Source: Xylographa opegraphella (Eukaryota). From it: a stretch of DNA of 64,000 bases. Shown here piece by piece: positions 37,468-50,410 of this stretch; position 1 is the first letter of the stretch; the number at the start of each line of letters is the position of its first letter. The position numbers and the translations under genes are program-made. Location of the stretch: contig JALDZX010000008.1 of assembly GCA_022813865.1 (NCBI GenBank), positions 124,001 through 188,000 on the forward strand, written 5' to 3'. The notes under the pieces were generated by a model. The model did no database searches. It saw only the letters and a list, made by a program, of their open reading frames with translations, and was not told the origin of the DNA.

Positions 37468-39973
37468 AAGGGAGCTCGTTGGTGGCGGGCATCGCAACGT
37501 GGTTTGGAGGAGAGAGACGAAGGAACAGACTAGAGCTCGAGAGCGAGATGATCTGTGGTTGGTGGGGGCTAGGGAGGGGGGAGGGGAGGTTCTTGCTACT
37601 TTCTTGCGCACACACCACCGTTTAGGATTACTGTAACTGGCGTCTTCTTGGCCACGAACTGGCGGTCGAGCATGGACGAGATATTTATCTAGTCTACTCA
37701 CCCTACAGAAGTCCACGGTTCAAAGCTGGCCAGTGGCCTTTATTCGAAGCATGCGTTCGGCTGACCGAGATACCTGCAGCCTCCACGGTCGGACACTACG
37801 GCGCATCAACGTCACTCGTCTATGAGGGACGGCGGTGATGATTTGGTCAGGGGCATGACGAGTGATGTACAAGCAGCACTGCGCTTCACGAGGCTTCCGT
37901 GCAGCCTCGAATCCTGTCACGACCACTTGAGGGCCAAGTCGTGGCCTTCAGATGCACGTCGTCATCTGGAAGCCTGCTGAACCTTGCGCCTGAGCCTTGA
38001 TCGAGTTTAGGTCTGACGCCGTGGATTAGAAATCAATCCCCTCAATCTAAAGCGGCGAGTGGCAGCTTTACTGACCCGCAGAAGAAACATCATCACCCCG
38101 ACCGAATCGCGACGAGGAGTCAACGACCGAGCCCTTGATAGCGTCGCTTTCGATCCGGCCACCAAGAACGAGTTCTTGTTGGAAAGGTTGACTGTCTCTG
38201 GACAAGAAAGGCCTTGGAGGGCTACAATTCGAAGAGAGACTGTAACAGCGGGAGAGACAATGCGTGGAGCAGCGGTCTGCATTCTTGACCGTGGAAATAA
38301 GAAGGCCATCAGCATGTGCTCGTCCTGAGAGGATACTTCGTCAATTCGTAACCTCGTCCAAGCCCGAGGTATATCTGGCCGAATGGCTGCATTTCTCTGA
38401 AGGAGGAAATCAGAGAAAAGCGACAGATGAATGCAAAGGCCTCGCCGTCGTCAATCTCATTGGACCGCGTGTATGCGCACTGTTCAATAATGTCTTTTGT
38501 ACTGTGTCGTTCAGAGCATCATATATGAAAACCACTGTACAATAGAATGGACTTACCACAAAACTGTCTTGTCCTGCCAATCGAGAATCTGTCCCGCCTG
38601 AGATATCTTAGTATTTTCGATCACATCTACAATTCTAGTGCATGCATTCGTTGGTATCACTTTTTATTCGTCAAGTATTCAGTCTCTTACAATTCTTTGG
38701 CCAGGGTGACCCTCCGGTCCACGAGTGCTCCACTCGAGATCCTATAATCAACATACTCTCTATTGGTTGCCTACGGAGGTACAGCGTTCCCCTCGTAAGT
38801 CACTGGAGATCGGACTGGCATCAATCCATTCGCCTCGGTTGTCATGGAACGAGAAGCTGGGCAAAGATCTACAAACGGCAGACACGGAACCGGAAGCAAT
38901 ATTGCCAATTTTGGGTGCGGCACTGCGTTTCATAGCAAGGTACGTATGCTTCGTAGCAAGGAAGCGTCCCGAGAAGAACGCTTCAGAGCAAGGATCGAGC
39001 TGTGCTCTGCGGTTTCTATTTTCGCCCATAACGGCTTTGCTGTGGAACTTGTCAATCAAACCTGTCACTCACGGTCTAAATCACTTGTCAGCGCAGGGGC
39101 CTACCGATCATAATCTATATACAATTCACATTGCTTTCGTGCAATCCATAGTTCACAAGCACGTCCATTTTTCGGGCCTCATGTTCATCCGTCGGCCGTG
39201 ATATGTGATAGTAGCGTCGTCGTTATCAGTTTGCCACAGTCCACAGTCTTCGCTCCCTCCTCCAGATGTGATGCGAGACCTAGTCAGCAGGAGGAGAGAA
39301 GATGCTCATGGTCCACATCGACTTCCAAGCCACGCTCAAGCTCTAAACGTCTCACGATCGACAGTCAAGAAGACCTACGCTTCCCGTCTGACGCATGAGA
39401 GCATCTTTAGAAGACTCACAGCTATACCTGAAAGCCTGGGATCGCGTTCGCTCCATCGGAAAGAAGTTATTGTTCTTGCCTCAAAGCAGCCGTAATCACG
39501 ATAGTCTTCTGTTAGTCTGGTGGTGTAAAAGACGAGGCGATACAGGACCTGATCCCACCTCTCCCATTCATCTACGAAAATCTTGGCTCTCGGTTTTGTT
39601 GTCATTGTCTTGACATACCTTCATTACCTCTCTTCGCATACTGGCTGTCTTCGACCTGGTCGAAGTACACTAAGCTATGAAAAATGAAACGTTCTTGCGA
39701 TTCTCGGGAAATGAAGATGAGTTCAGCGGCTGCTGTAGTTCATGTGTATATGTGGATACTCCTCAATTGTATCACTTGACCCTCGATATTAGGGTGAGTA
39801 CGGCGACCCACTGGAGGTTGGTCCAGCCACTCCTACCAGGAACCAAACAAGCATCAAAACAGACATTGGCAAGAAAAAGGAATAGCAATACGCATCATAG
39901 TGAGATGCAGTAACAAGGTATCTCGGCTTATTTTCAAAGTACCTACTCTACCTACAGCTCGAGCAGCGCGTAC

Positions 39974-41536
39974 TCAAGTCAAACGCTTCACAGCAAAAGA
40001 ATTGGGCGTAAAAGTCCCATACGGGTCTGCCGCCGCCCTGGCCCTCTGCAATCTCTCGTACTTCTCCCGATCTTCATAATAGTACATCCACACACTATCC
40101 AAGTCATAACTGCCATAGCTTCCCCAGAGCAATCTCCGATCCTGCTTGCTGAAAACACCACTCGGCCCCACACCCCCTTCATCGTTGCCCCTTTGCCAGT
40201 CATTGGCACGCATGACGGCGTCAGGGTCCGTTTCATCGTAGAAGCAGTCGAGCGTGCACACGAGCGTGGAGTCGCGCCAGCTGTAAGAGGTGCCGTTGTT
40301 GGCATTGGTGGTGAACTTGGAGAATCTGCCACCGAAATATTGGAGTTGGGCGGAGAGCCAGAGGCCATTATCGTCGGGCCCGACGAGGGTGTCGATGCGT
40401 CTGGTGACCCAGTCCGCCCAACCATCTTGGACGAGCGTGGTTGATTTCGTGGCGTAGGTGCGCTTGACGTACGGGTGTTCGAATTCGCGTATGTTTGTGA
40501 AGATCCATTTCTTCGTCAAGGTCGACATGGGCTGCGGGCTGAGCGTCTCGAGATCGAAGCAGTTTTCACTGAATTGGTCGAACCATTTTGTGTCGTAACG
40601 GTCGTCCTTAGAGAATGGAACCCATTGCGCATATATGATGATCGAGCGAGGCCAGAAGATGATCCCGTCTTCGCCATATAGCTCCGGGTGTTCCCGTTTC
40701 ATCTTCGCGTCCAAACCCGGTTTGTGCCATAGGTCTGAGAGTCTGCACGAGGAGCTGAGGACGCTGATACAGATGTCATAGTTGCGAGGGAGGTCGGGGT
40801 TGTCCGACATTTCTGCTAGAATGCTCAAAAGACGCTTCAACGTAGACTCTTTATATAGATGCAGGACCTTCATGCCTCGGGAGCCTTGGTAGTCTTCATC
40901 ACGGTTGACTTCGAACGTTACATGCGTCAATACACCTAAGTTTCCAGGACTGCCTCCCAAGAAAGCGTAGAACAATTCAGCGTTGGTGTTCTTGTTTATT
41001 TCCCGAATATTGCCATCGTAGTCCACTATCTCGAGTGAACGAGCATAGTCTCCCAACAGGCCGAAACTTCGACCTAATTGCCCATATCCGCCGGTCTGGA
41101 CGTGGCCACCGAGATGGACATGTGTACACTGTCCGTGAGGCAAGAACACATTATGTTTCCCAAGAAAGGCGTTGAATTCCCCTAGACTCCAGCTGACGCT
41201 CGTGCGGAGAAACGTTTTGTCGTCTTTTTCGAAGATGACTCGATCGTCGGGTCCTTGGAAAGTCGTGTTTAAGTCCAGCTGAATATTGGGAGCGCTCGTG
41301 GAGGAAGCACCGCTATATTGGTGACCTCCAGTCCTGGTTGCCACTGCGAGCTTCTCGTCTCTAGCAAACCGTAGAACTTTTGCAATGTCGTCCTTGTCTC
41401 TGGGGGCTATTATCAAAGCGGGGTTCATATCGTGGTCAACCCCATGAGAAGATGTTGCATATTGATATTTCTGATCAACATAACCTGGTGTTGCTTGTGT
41501 GTATTGCTTGCCTGTCACCCCTTGAATAGTCGCCAT
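39974..41536 (-). CDS. FAD-linked oxidase (berberine-bridge-enzyme/PCMH family), intronless, no signal peptide
   Basis: P..II.P..KDDI, RTGGHQYSG (flavinylation His), GQCTHVHLGGHVQTGGYG (Cys), LGGSPGNLGV, C-terminal YY..KYERLQ....DP...F. Confidence 0.92.
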   Translation of the reverse strand: MATIQGVTGKQYTQATPGYVDQKYQYATSSHGVDHDMNPALIIAPRDKDDIAKVLRFARDEKLAVATRTGGHQYSGASSTSAPNIQLDLNTTFQGPDDRVIFEKDDKTFLRTSVSWSLGEFNAFLGKHNVFLPHGQCTHVHLGGHVQTGGYGQLGRSFGLLGDYARSLEIVDYDGNIREINKNTNAELFYAFLGGSPGNLGVLTHVTFEVNRDEDYQGSRGMKVLHLYKESTLKRLLSILAEMSDNPDLPRNYDICISVLSSSCRLSDLWHKPGLDAKMKREHPELYGEDGIIFWPRSIIIYAQWVPFSKDDRYDTKWFDQFSENCFDLETLSPQPMSTLTKKWIFTNIREFEHPYVKRTYATKSTTLVQDGWADWVTRRIDTLVGPDDNGLWLSAQLQYFGGRFSKFTTNANNGTSYSWRDSTLVCTLDCFYDETDPDAVMRANDWQRGNDEGGVGPSGVFSKQDRRLLWGSYGSYDLDSVWMYYYEDREKYERLQRARAAADPYGTFTPNSFAVKRLT

Positions 41537-41610
41537 GGTTTTAAGGAGACTGTACCTGGAATACGTAGTATGAAGAGTTTCTCTGAGGACCTACCGACAT
41601 GGAATACGAC

Positions 41611-41620
41611 TTATATATAA
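41611..41620 (-). promoter_or_regulatory. Candidate TATA box of the FAD oxidase gene
   Basis: TTATATATAA ~75 bp upstream of ATG 41536. Confidence 0.5.
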
Positions 41621-42457
41621 GAAGCCATGCCGGCTGCACCACGTCTGCCTCGTCTGACCTCCTCTATATCAGCCCTGTCAGCTCACTCAGCCACTTTCAT
41701 CCACTTTCATCCACTTTTCCTCAGCTGGCCCTTCCTATAAGAAATGGAAACGTCCATCTAACGCCGCCGTTCTTTGGATTCCCAGAGATCCTGGTTCTTC
41801 TCCATGTACGGTAGAGCATTCGCAGTATTTCTACCTATAGGTCCCAATTCGCTCATCCTCTTCGGGTGGTCTAATTGACCTTTTCTCGACGCCGGCTTGT
41901 GTGGCTGGCTTAGCAGCCGCCTGAGTATCGGACGGACCGCTCATTCTAATGAGGATGATACTAGCAACAAATGAGATAATTCTGCAGCCGTAAGATACAT
42001 ATCCTGGCTGCCAGGCCTAAAGTGTCTAGAGTCGGCGATGCGCCTTCGTAATTATCTAGGATCAACTTAATCATAGGCTTGTGTCCTTATTTGCTGTGCA
42101 TATCGGTCGTGTTGCCCTTCGGCTTCTCAGCTGGAGTTCTCAGCTGCCAGAAATGGATATTTTAGCTTGCGACCAGCCGCCACCCGCTTCTAACGCTCGA
42201 TGCGGTGTAGTCTAGATCTGTGCAAATTGTACGCGTGCATGGCACAGCCCTGTCAATTTACGGACCCAACTGGTTCTGCAGACTTGGCTCCGGACTGCGC
42301 GATCAAAAGCAGCCAATACTCGATTGTAGTCAGTTATCACTATTCCGACCAGCACAGTATTGGATACCCACCACAGTTAGAATAAGACGTTTCAAAGGTG
42401 GGGTCCAAGTAACTCCGCCTCAACCCTCCTTGGGATTGTTTCTTTAGCACATCAAGA

Positions 42458-43460
42458 ATGAGCAACGAGGTTGCAGCCTTGGAGGCAGAGGTGAAGGAAT
42501 ACAGACTGCAGGTCCAGTCTGATCCTCCTTTGTAACCGGTAAGCCACTGACTGATATTTATTTTGTTTCCAGCTGGAGACAGTGCAGTCCGGCCTCCAGG
42601 CAGATCCGGAAAATGCAGAGCTGCAGAATCTCAAGATTGAGCTTGAAGAAGTCATTACCCTCACCGAAACCGCGATCGCAGAGCTAAAGCCAGCCCCAGC
42701 ACCAGCAATCGTTTCCAATTCATCTACACCGCCAGTGAAGGAGAAATGGTCCAAGGAGAACCACCCGGCTTTCCAAGCGGGCTACCGTCGGCCTGCAGCA
42801 CCTCAAAGTCCCATCGATGAACCCGAGGCCCCAGTTACCTTTTCCGTCAACGACAACGTTCTGGCAAAATGGAAGTCCGGAGACAGGGCTTTCTATCCTG
42901 CTCGAATAACGTCAATAACAGGATCGTCGAGCCATCCAGTCTACATCGTCACCTTCAAATCATACGCCAACACGGAAACTCTATCTGCCCACGAGATCAA
43001 GCCTATTTCGACCGATTCAAGAAAGCGCAAGGCTGATGGTACGCCAGCAACGCCGAGCATTCCAACGTTGCCCAAAAACACGAACGTCATCTCAGCAGCC
43101 GCGGATATAAACCCAGAGCTTGCCAACCAGGCCAAAAAGGAGCCAAGTAAGGTCAGCGATGGACCCGCCAGACCAGCAAAGATACCTCGTAAGGTGAAGG
43201 CAAATAAGGAATTAGAAGCAGGGAAGAACAAGTGGCAGGACTTCACTACCAAAGGCAAATTGGGGAAGGTAGCTAAAAAGGACAGTATGTTCCGAACGCC
43301 CGATGGTGTGAACGCTAGAGGTCAGTTGTGTGGCGTTGGTACACATATAATATGCTGACATTGTCCAGTGGGCTTCACAGGATCCGGGCAACAGATGCGC
43401 AAAGATCCGACCCGCAGTCGGCATATCTACCAGCAAGGTGCTGAAGAAGAGGGTCTTTGA
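42458..43460 (+). CDS. SPF30: Splicing factor SPF30/SMNDC1 (Tudor domain), 3 exons
   Basis: EYRLQ|LETVQSGLQADPENAELQNLK, Tudor VLAKWKSGDRAFYPARITSI, KNKWQDF, KDSMFRTPDGVNAR|VGFTGSG. Stop at 43458-43460. Confidence 0.88.
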
Positions 43461-44034
43461 AATGTGAAACCTATTGTTGCGTTATGGGGGCACGCGACTG
43501 GTAGAGCGGATTTGAACATAATAGGGTGAAGTACTGCTAGCACATAGTACGGGCCGCTGACTTGGACTTTCTGAGTCAATTGCGACTCAATCACAGATTT
43601 TTGCTGTTCATAGAGGCTAGAAGGTTATGACGGAATAGCTTCAATATTATATGCTTGGGTCGCTCTATGGTTTGCTCCCTCCGCTTACTAAAGATTATAC
43701 TGAGATACCCTTATCAGCAGAACTTCGAGCCATTGCATTATCGTTTGATGGAATTTCTTTCCCCATTTACTGTTTTACGCGACTGTTCACGACTTATCAC
43801 TCGTCTCAATTCTGCAGGTCAATGAAGTCAAGCAACGCCTGACCTATTTTAGTTGTGAACACTGGGCGCCGGTACCCATGCAAATATATTGAACCACGCA
43901 ACCATCTATGGGAAGCCTGATATAGAAGATTTGACTTCGTAGATCATGAGACGTCCATAATCTCCATGCCAGCAATGGTGTCCTTGCAATAATCATGACA
44001 AGACTTTTACCCTTACCTCGCAACTGCAGCATGC

Positions 44035-46219
44035 TCAAGTAGATGTTGGCTCCGTAATGAGCTTCGTAATCTTTCCGATGGCGATTGTTTGTCCCTAAGT
44101 ATACTTTTAGCCTGCAAACGATGCCTCCCGTTCAGAGTTACAAACTTACTTGATCCCGTAGTGTGAACCGTCCCATCTGCGCATAATCCTCGAACCTTTC
44201 CACACACACAGCCCCAGCACCGCCAATAACCTTCAGCCTCGCGATGATACTTTGGCCCTTTGCCGCAAAGGGTGGGGGCTTCTTGCTCTTTCGGCCTGTG
44301 CCCTTCTCTAGCTTGTGCAGCAGCGCATCGAAGGTCACTTCTTCGATGGCGGAGTGGACATGCAGGACGCAGTTGAAGCCGGCGCTGAGGATGCTCTTCA
44401 GTTCAAGAAGCACAATCTGCGCCTCAAACTCTGAGACACAGTGCACTGGCCGCTTAGGCGAGCAGAGCACGAAGCCAGGTAAAATATCTTCTTCTTCGAT
44501 GCCTCGCAGACGAATGCGGATCTGCTCGCCACAGGTTGCTTGTGTGATTTCGTCTTCCGTCTCGCCGTACAGAGCGGAGACGGACACTTCGTCTCTGTTG
44601 GGCATCACCACATAACTACCGCCCTTCTTGATGGCACCAGCTTCGATCTTGCCTTCTACCATCGTGCCCATGTCTCGGTACTTGCCTGCAACAGGCATCA
44701 TGAAGGGAGCGTTGACTTTTCGTTCGAGGGTCTTGAGGTTATCGAGATATTCGAGCAAAGAGGGGCCGTCATACCAAGGAGCCACAGATTTGGGTACTCG
44801 ATCTTTGATGCCAATGGTGGTTTGCGCAGAAATTGGCATGAAAGTGAGGTCGTTCTTGGCATATCCGAGACCTCGCAGGAATAGGGTCAGCTTGGTGGAG
44901 CATTCGTCATATCGTTCCTTGCTCCATTCAACCGTAGGATCGTCCATCTTATTAATAACGACGCACAGTTGGTTTACTCCTTGTGTCTTCGCCAAGATAG
45001 CATGCTCCCGGGTTTGACCACCTTTTTCAAACCCGGTCTCGTACTCGCCTTTTCGAGCGGAAATAACCAGTATACCAATATCTGCCTGCGAAGCTCCTCC
45101 TATCATATTGGGGACGAAGGTTTTGTGGCCTGGTGCATCAAGGATAGTGTATCTCCGCTTTTCTGTCTCGAAGAATCCTCGGCCCACTTCTACAGTCTTT
45201 CCTTTAGCTCGTTCTTCTTTGGTCAAATCAAGTGCCCATGATAGATACCATGTCTCACGCCCAGCTTCCTTGGCTTCTCTTTTGTACTTGTCCATTGTCC
45301 GCTCGTCAACCATTCCTGTAGCATACAGTATGCTTCCTCCGAGTGTAGACTTTCCTGCATCAACATGACCTATGAAAATAAGGTTCACATGTTCTTTTCC
45401 GTACACCTCTTCCAAGATTTCCTCGTCAACATCTGCCGCCTGCTCCTTTGCAACGGCATCCGCCTCCCTTGCGGCTGCCTTTGCTTCTGCCGGTGTAGGG
45501 CTCGACTTTCCCGAAGACGGAGTAGGTGATGAAGTACCGCTATTAGAGGCTGTGGCCTTCTCGGTCTTCTCAATTGCCTTAGTTGCGAGAACCTTAGCCC
45601 CATATGCTGCAGTTCCAGTCTCCTTTTTGGCGGGAGTCGTAGAGCTGATCGTGAGAACTTTGGCCTTCGGAGCTGTAGCTTCACCGCCAATTGAAATGAC
45701 CTTCGCCTTGGGGGGTATTGAGGCTTCCTGTGTGCTCTTGTTTAATGTCGCAGGACTTGATACGCCATTTGATTGACTATCGATTCCTGTAGGTCGTTTG
45801 GCGATTATGGGCGTTTGTCTTTGTGGTACCGTTTGGCTCTGAAAACCTGGCTGCTGGTATGTGCCTCCATACTGCGATCCGTACACATCACTATAATTGT
45901 TCACCTGCTGGCCATAACCTCGCCCCGGCTGGCTGTAACCTGTTTGAGCGTAGTTGCCTTGCCCATATTGTTGATAATCCCCGTACTGTTGTTGTTGGTT
46001 ATAATATTGACCATACTGTGGTTGATTGTAGCCGCCGTATTGTTGATATTGCTGTCCAGGCTGGAAAGACTGGGCGCCTGGCTGAAAGGAATTGGCTCCC
46101 GGTGTGAAATTACGTGGCTGTCCACCTTGCCCATTGAGGTTCATACTCTGCTGCGTCTGTCTAGAAAGATTCTCATCTTGTGCCGCTGGGTCATCCTCCC
46201 ATGAGTCGAGACCCGACAT
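44035..46219 (-). CDS. SUP35: Translation termination GTPase eRF3 with Q/Y/G-rich N-domain, 2 exons
   Basis: GHVDAGKST, DAPGH, NKMD, ETWYLSWALD, GRFTLRDQ|GQTIAIGKITKL; terminal exon ends with TGA at 44035-44037. Confidence 0.98.
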
Positions 46220-46733
46220 AGTGGCTGGTACCGGATGCTCCCCGCCTTTCGTAAGCTACGTAGAATCTGTTAACCTCTTTGCTCTTGTATACCTAGAATT
46301 TGAAGGAAAAGATTGTTCAGTATCTTGTGGTTTGTTGTAGGAGACGAACAGTCAAAGATGACTCTATACTCCTCTCTGTAGACGCAGTCTGATGTTCATA
46401 ACTCTGGAGTTTGCGAATATCCATTTTTGGGCTTTAGCGAAAAGTACGCTAATGACGTCGTTCCAACCAATCGTATGCCTCGGAAATATGCTGTTCCGTT
46501 TTCGGTAGTCGTTTTCCCATTGATATTGAGTCAGAATGTGTCACGCCTAGGCACGCTGTGGTGCTCCAGCTCAGAACAAACACGAGCAAGTCAATATTAC
46601 AGATGATAACACTCAGAGAACAGAAACTGGCGCGCTTTGAATCATGATGCCCGCTCTTGAGGACATATGTTCTTGCTATGATAAGCATTGAATAGTCTTA
46701 ACAACTATCCCTTCGTATAAGTCTTGAAAGATC

Positions 46734-49359
46734 ATGGACATCCTCCTAGGAAAGGTACCGAATGACTAATCTATAGGAGCGTGAAGACATGATTGATACT
46801 TTCGTAGGTCACTCAGCAGGCTATGAACTATGCCATACGGTAAACAAGAATGCGAGCTCTGTTATTGCTACCTAACAGCGCCATAGTTCAGGCGTTGCCA
46901 TAACTGCCAACTATGCATTCCGACAATCATCGAGATTGCTCCAGGTCTGTACATTCTGTACAGCTTTCCTGAACGGAGCGTGCCTAATCAATTAGTATAG
47001 AATGTTGAGGATAGCAGTGTGAAGGATGAGTTAGAGGTTTTACAAGAGCGGCTGCGGAGTAAAATCAATGTCCGTGAATACTTTACTATTCTTTGATCTT
47101 TTTCCATGGTTCTGGCCACTTGATGTTCACTTTCGTGGTTATATTCGTCCTTTAATCCAATCTTGTAGTTAGCTTGGCATGCTGTTTCTGACTGTTAATG
47201 GAACAGATTATAGCACCTGCTATTGACATGATTGAATTAATGTATGTCCGTCGATTCGACATCAGCTACATATACAGTGTCTGACATGGCGCAGCTCCGC
47301 CCGTGGAAACACATCCTTAGAGTCTGCTGTCAATCTCACACAATCTCTGCGGTGGGAAATCCAGGCGATTTCCCAAATGATGGCACATGCTGCAAACGAA
47401 AACGATGCGGTGGGAGCGAAAAATAACAAAGCTCAACTTAAGGCACGAAACGAGCTCGAAGTTAGAAACGTTGTCAAGCAGATCAAGAAGTTACTGGCTC
47501 AGATCGAGGATGCTGTTCCCCTCATAAACCTTGCAATTACTACATCTGGAGCCAGTTTATCTACAAGCCTACCACCAACTGTTTCTCCATCTCGCCTTCT
47601 TCAAGCAAGCACATTCGTAACCACCGGAGATAGAGAGTACTGCCTGTCCTCTGCCAGGAAAGTCCAGATTGGACCCACGTTCACACTTTCCTTGTACATG
47701 CTCTTTTCTGGGCATCTAAGGCCGGAGTCGGAAGAAGAGATAAGACAGAGTACTTGGAAGGAGGTCATTCACAAGGCAAGACTGAAGCTTGTGCGTGTAC
47801 CGCTAAGTCGTTTAGACAAGCTGCCAAACGAAACATTGCAGCAGGACCCTGACGACTTCGGCCGTTCTGATCGTGCGAATATTGATCGACAGCACATTGC
47901 AGGCGAAGACAGAGCCGATGAATTTGGGTACCAGATTATTATTATCGAGGACCTGGATGATGGTCGTTTCCATGAAAACGAAGATGACGAACCACAGCCA
48001 GGTCCTTACGACGGTGTCGGACTTGCGGGTATTCGAGAAGCAATTCCTATCCATGAGGTTTCCAAAATATTTTATGCGGACACTGGCAAGATTTTAAACA
48101 TCGGGAGCGGCGGTGATACGAATAGTCCGGTACTACTGTTGAAGCGCGATATCAACGCTATACCTCCCAGACGGCTGAGTCAAAGATATAGCGAAGACCA
48201 AGAGGAGACAACTCAAGATCACAGTCATCGTCTGTATGAATCGACAACCAGACGGCGCGGCGAGGATTATCAGACTCTGATTGATGCCCAACTAGTACAA
48301 GATCAGCGCGTTTCATCAGCGTCACCCACAGAAGCAGCCGTGTCGATTGGTGAGCCAAATTCCTGGCGCCTTCCGCATAACCTTGACCCTGAATGGCTCG
48401 CCTTTGAAGTGTTTACAGACCCTGTGGACTCGGACGACGATTCAGAGTTCGATACGCACACTGAGAGCTCCTTGAAATCGGCCCGGGCTCGTACTGCTTC
48501 CCTCATTCCGCAAATGACATCGGAGCTTAGTAATCTCCATGTCAGCAACGTATCAGATTCGAATCTCACCCTTCCTGGGCAACTCCAGTTAGCATCAACC
48601 CCTACCACGCATGCGCCTAGTATGCCAGTCGTTCGTACCTCCCTTTCTCTACTTGAAATGATCTTGCGACTTCTCTCTCTTCAGCAGTTTCAGCAAACGT
48701 CACACCTAGTCATTCCTGATGAGTTTCTCAACTTCTTCCTTGCCGAATCGGCCACTACAGGAGCTGCTAGCGGAGACGAGCGAGAGCGAAGACGACTCCG
48801 GAATGATGCGCGAAGGAAAGTTGGCTTCGACCCTTACGACGAAAGCCCTATGAAGCGGCGAGGTGAAGATTACCAGTACCGAGGTGGACAGAGCCAGGCT
48901 GGCTGGAACGAGGATGCGATCGACGATGCAGGACACGAGTTTTCCCCGAGACAACAGGTGTACAATGGCTACAGCAGCCCACGCTGGGATGAAGGCTATG
49001 AGACCCATCAAGTATACTCGCCCTCTCACTCCAACGCTTATGCTGGCCAAGTGGCCAATCCTGAAACTCCTCTGCTGCTCAAAGATCATCCGCAATCATT
49101 CCGCAGCCCTGCTCCGGGTGGACGGATGCCATCTCTTCCCAGGTCTGGCAGTAGCGAGAACACTCCGAATGGTCTTCCTTCTCCCAGCACACCTTCTAAT
49201 GGATTTGGTGTGAATGAAAGAATTGGGCACCTGAGACACGCCAACGTTGGGCGGAAGGAACGGTGGGGAAGTCCCTTGGCCAGGCCGACGACCGACATGA
49301 CCGACGAGGGCCTTGGGACCAGCCCTTCTGCAGTGCTGGAGAGTTTAGAGAAGGATTAG
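46734..49359 (+). CDS. YRB30: RanGTP-binding protein (Yrb30-like), 6 exons with short 5' exons
   Basis: MDILLGK|VTQQAMNYAIR|SGVAITANYA...|IIAPAIDMIELI|SARGNTSLESAV, IEDAVPLINLAITTSGA, SPSRLLQAS, WKEVIHKA, SLSLLEMILRLLSLQQFQQ. Confidence 0.88.
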
Positions 49360-50410
49360 GGAACAGCTCACGGCGGAAGAAACAGACTATCCATGATTTC
49401 TGGTGTATTGCATCTGTTTTGGTGGCTTCACACCCTTGTCTCTTTACTTTAGATACCCATGGGCTGTCAGGAATCGACACAAGTACATTGCCTCGATATC
49501 GGCCAACACAAGGAAGTAGATTGCAATGAAACCGAAAGATTCCTCGTCGGGGACATCAAATACCGTGTAACTTCTCTTAGCTTCTTCGCCGCAGGAACAT
49601 CAAAAACATGGTGCGTCGATGCAGACCCTCCATTTTTGCTGAGCCTGCCTAGAGTTCTCTCCCCAAGCATATCAAGAGCGCATCCGCGGCGGACGCCTGC
49701 TACAGCTCGTAACGAGACATTACGCGGCGGAACTGGCCAGCCCGTGCTGTGGTCCGACCATGCGAAATGGAAGCTAGCCTTACTATACAGCCTGATCAGG
49801 CAAATTTCCAGCTAACTTGACCAGCCTGTACCAACAGCGCCCTTGATATGCTTGGGGTGCCTTGAGATGCTTGTAGTGACAGTTTCCACGCGCTGGCTCG
49901 GAGTTTTTGGAGCAAACACACCAAACTTGCCAGTCAGCAAAAGCACTAGCACTAACCCGCAGGGGCTTAGTGCGCCTCGTCGGAGATATACACAGTATGC
50001 AGTACCTCACTGAGGCAATGTGATGCGGCTGACCGACAAACAAATCATCTACATCCAAATTTCACTTAGTCTCGTTCACATTTGAAGGAACTTCGTCGTA
50101 ATGTAGTAAGTATCTACCATGGGGGCCTGTCACATAGATAAGGCACCCCTCTCCTCTGGTGGAGGCTGGGCATGTGCCAAGCAGTTCGCAATGCCCAAGG
50201 CGCCGCCATTTATTGTTAACTTGGCCGTAACTGGCTGAGGCTTCACGATCGCCACCAATGAGGCATATTCTATCGCCAGCCTGATGGTGGAAAGTCGACT
50301 ATGATAAACACATTGACTGTGCTACATCAACATGCCTCCTCGCTGTGTTTTCGTACGCATATGCTGCGGTATCTTTCAGTATCCTTCGCTGAAAAAGCTT
50401 TTCTTCAACA

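Noticed and set aside
38000..39610. Fragmented minus-strand ORFs
   Set aside because: Possibly a decayed gene, but no motif could be assigned.
47070..47206. Possible stwintron or recursive intron in YRB30 (internal TAG overlapping GTTAGC at 47168)
   Set aside because: Two-step excision needs a G just before the outer donor or just after the outer acceptor; the flanks are T and A. A single 137-nt intron gives the correct frame.
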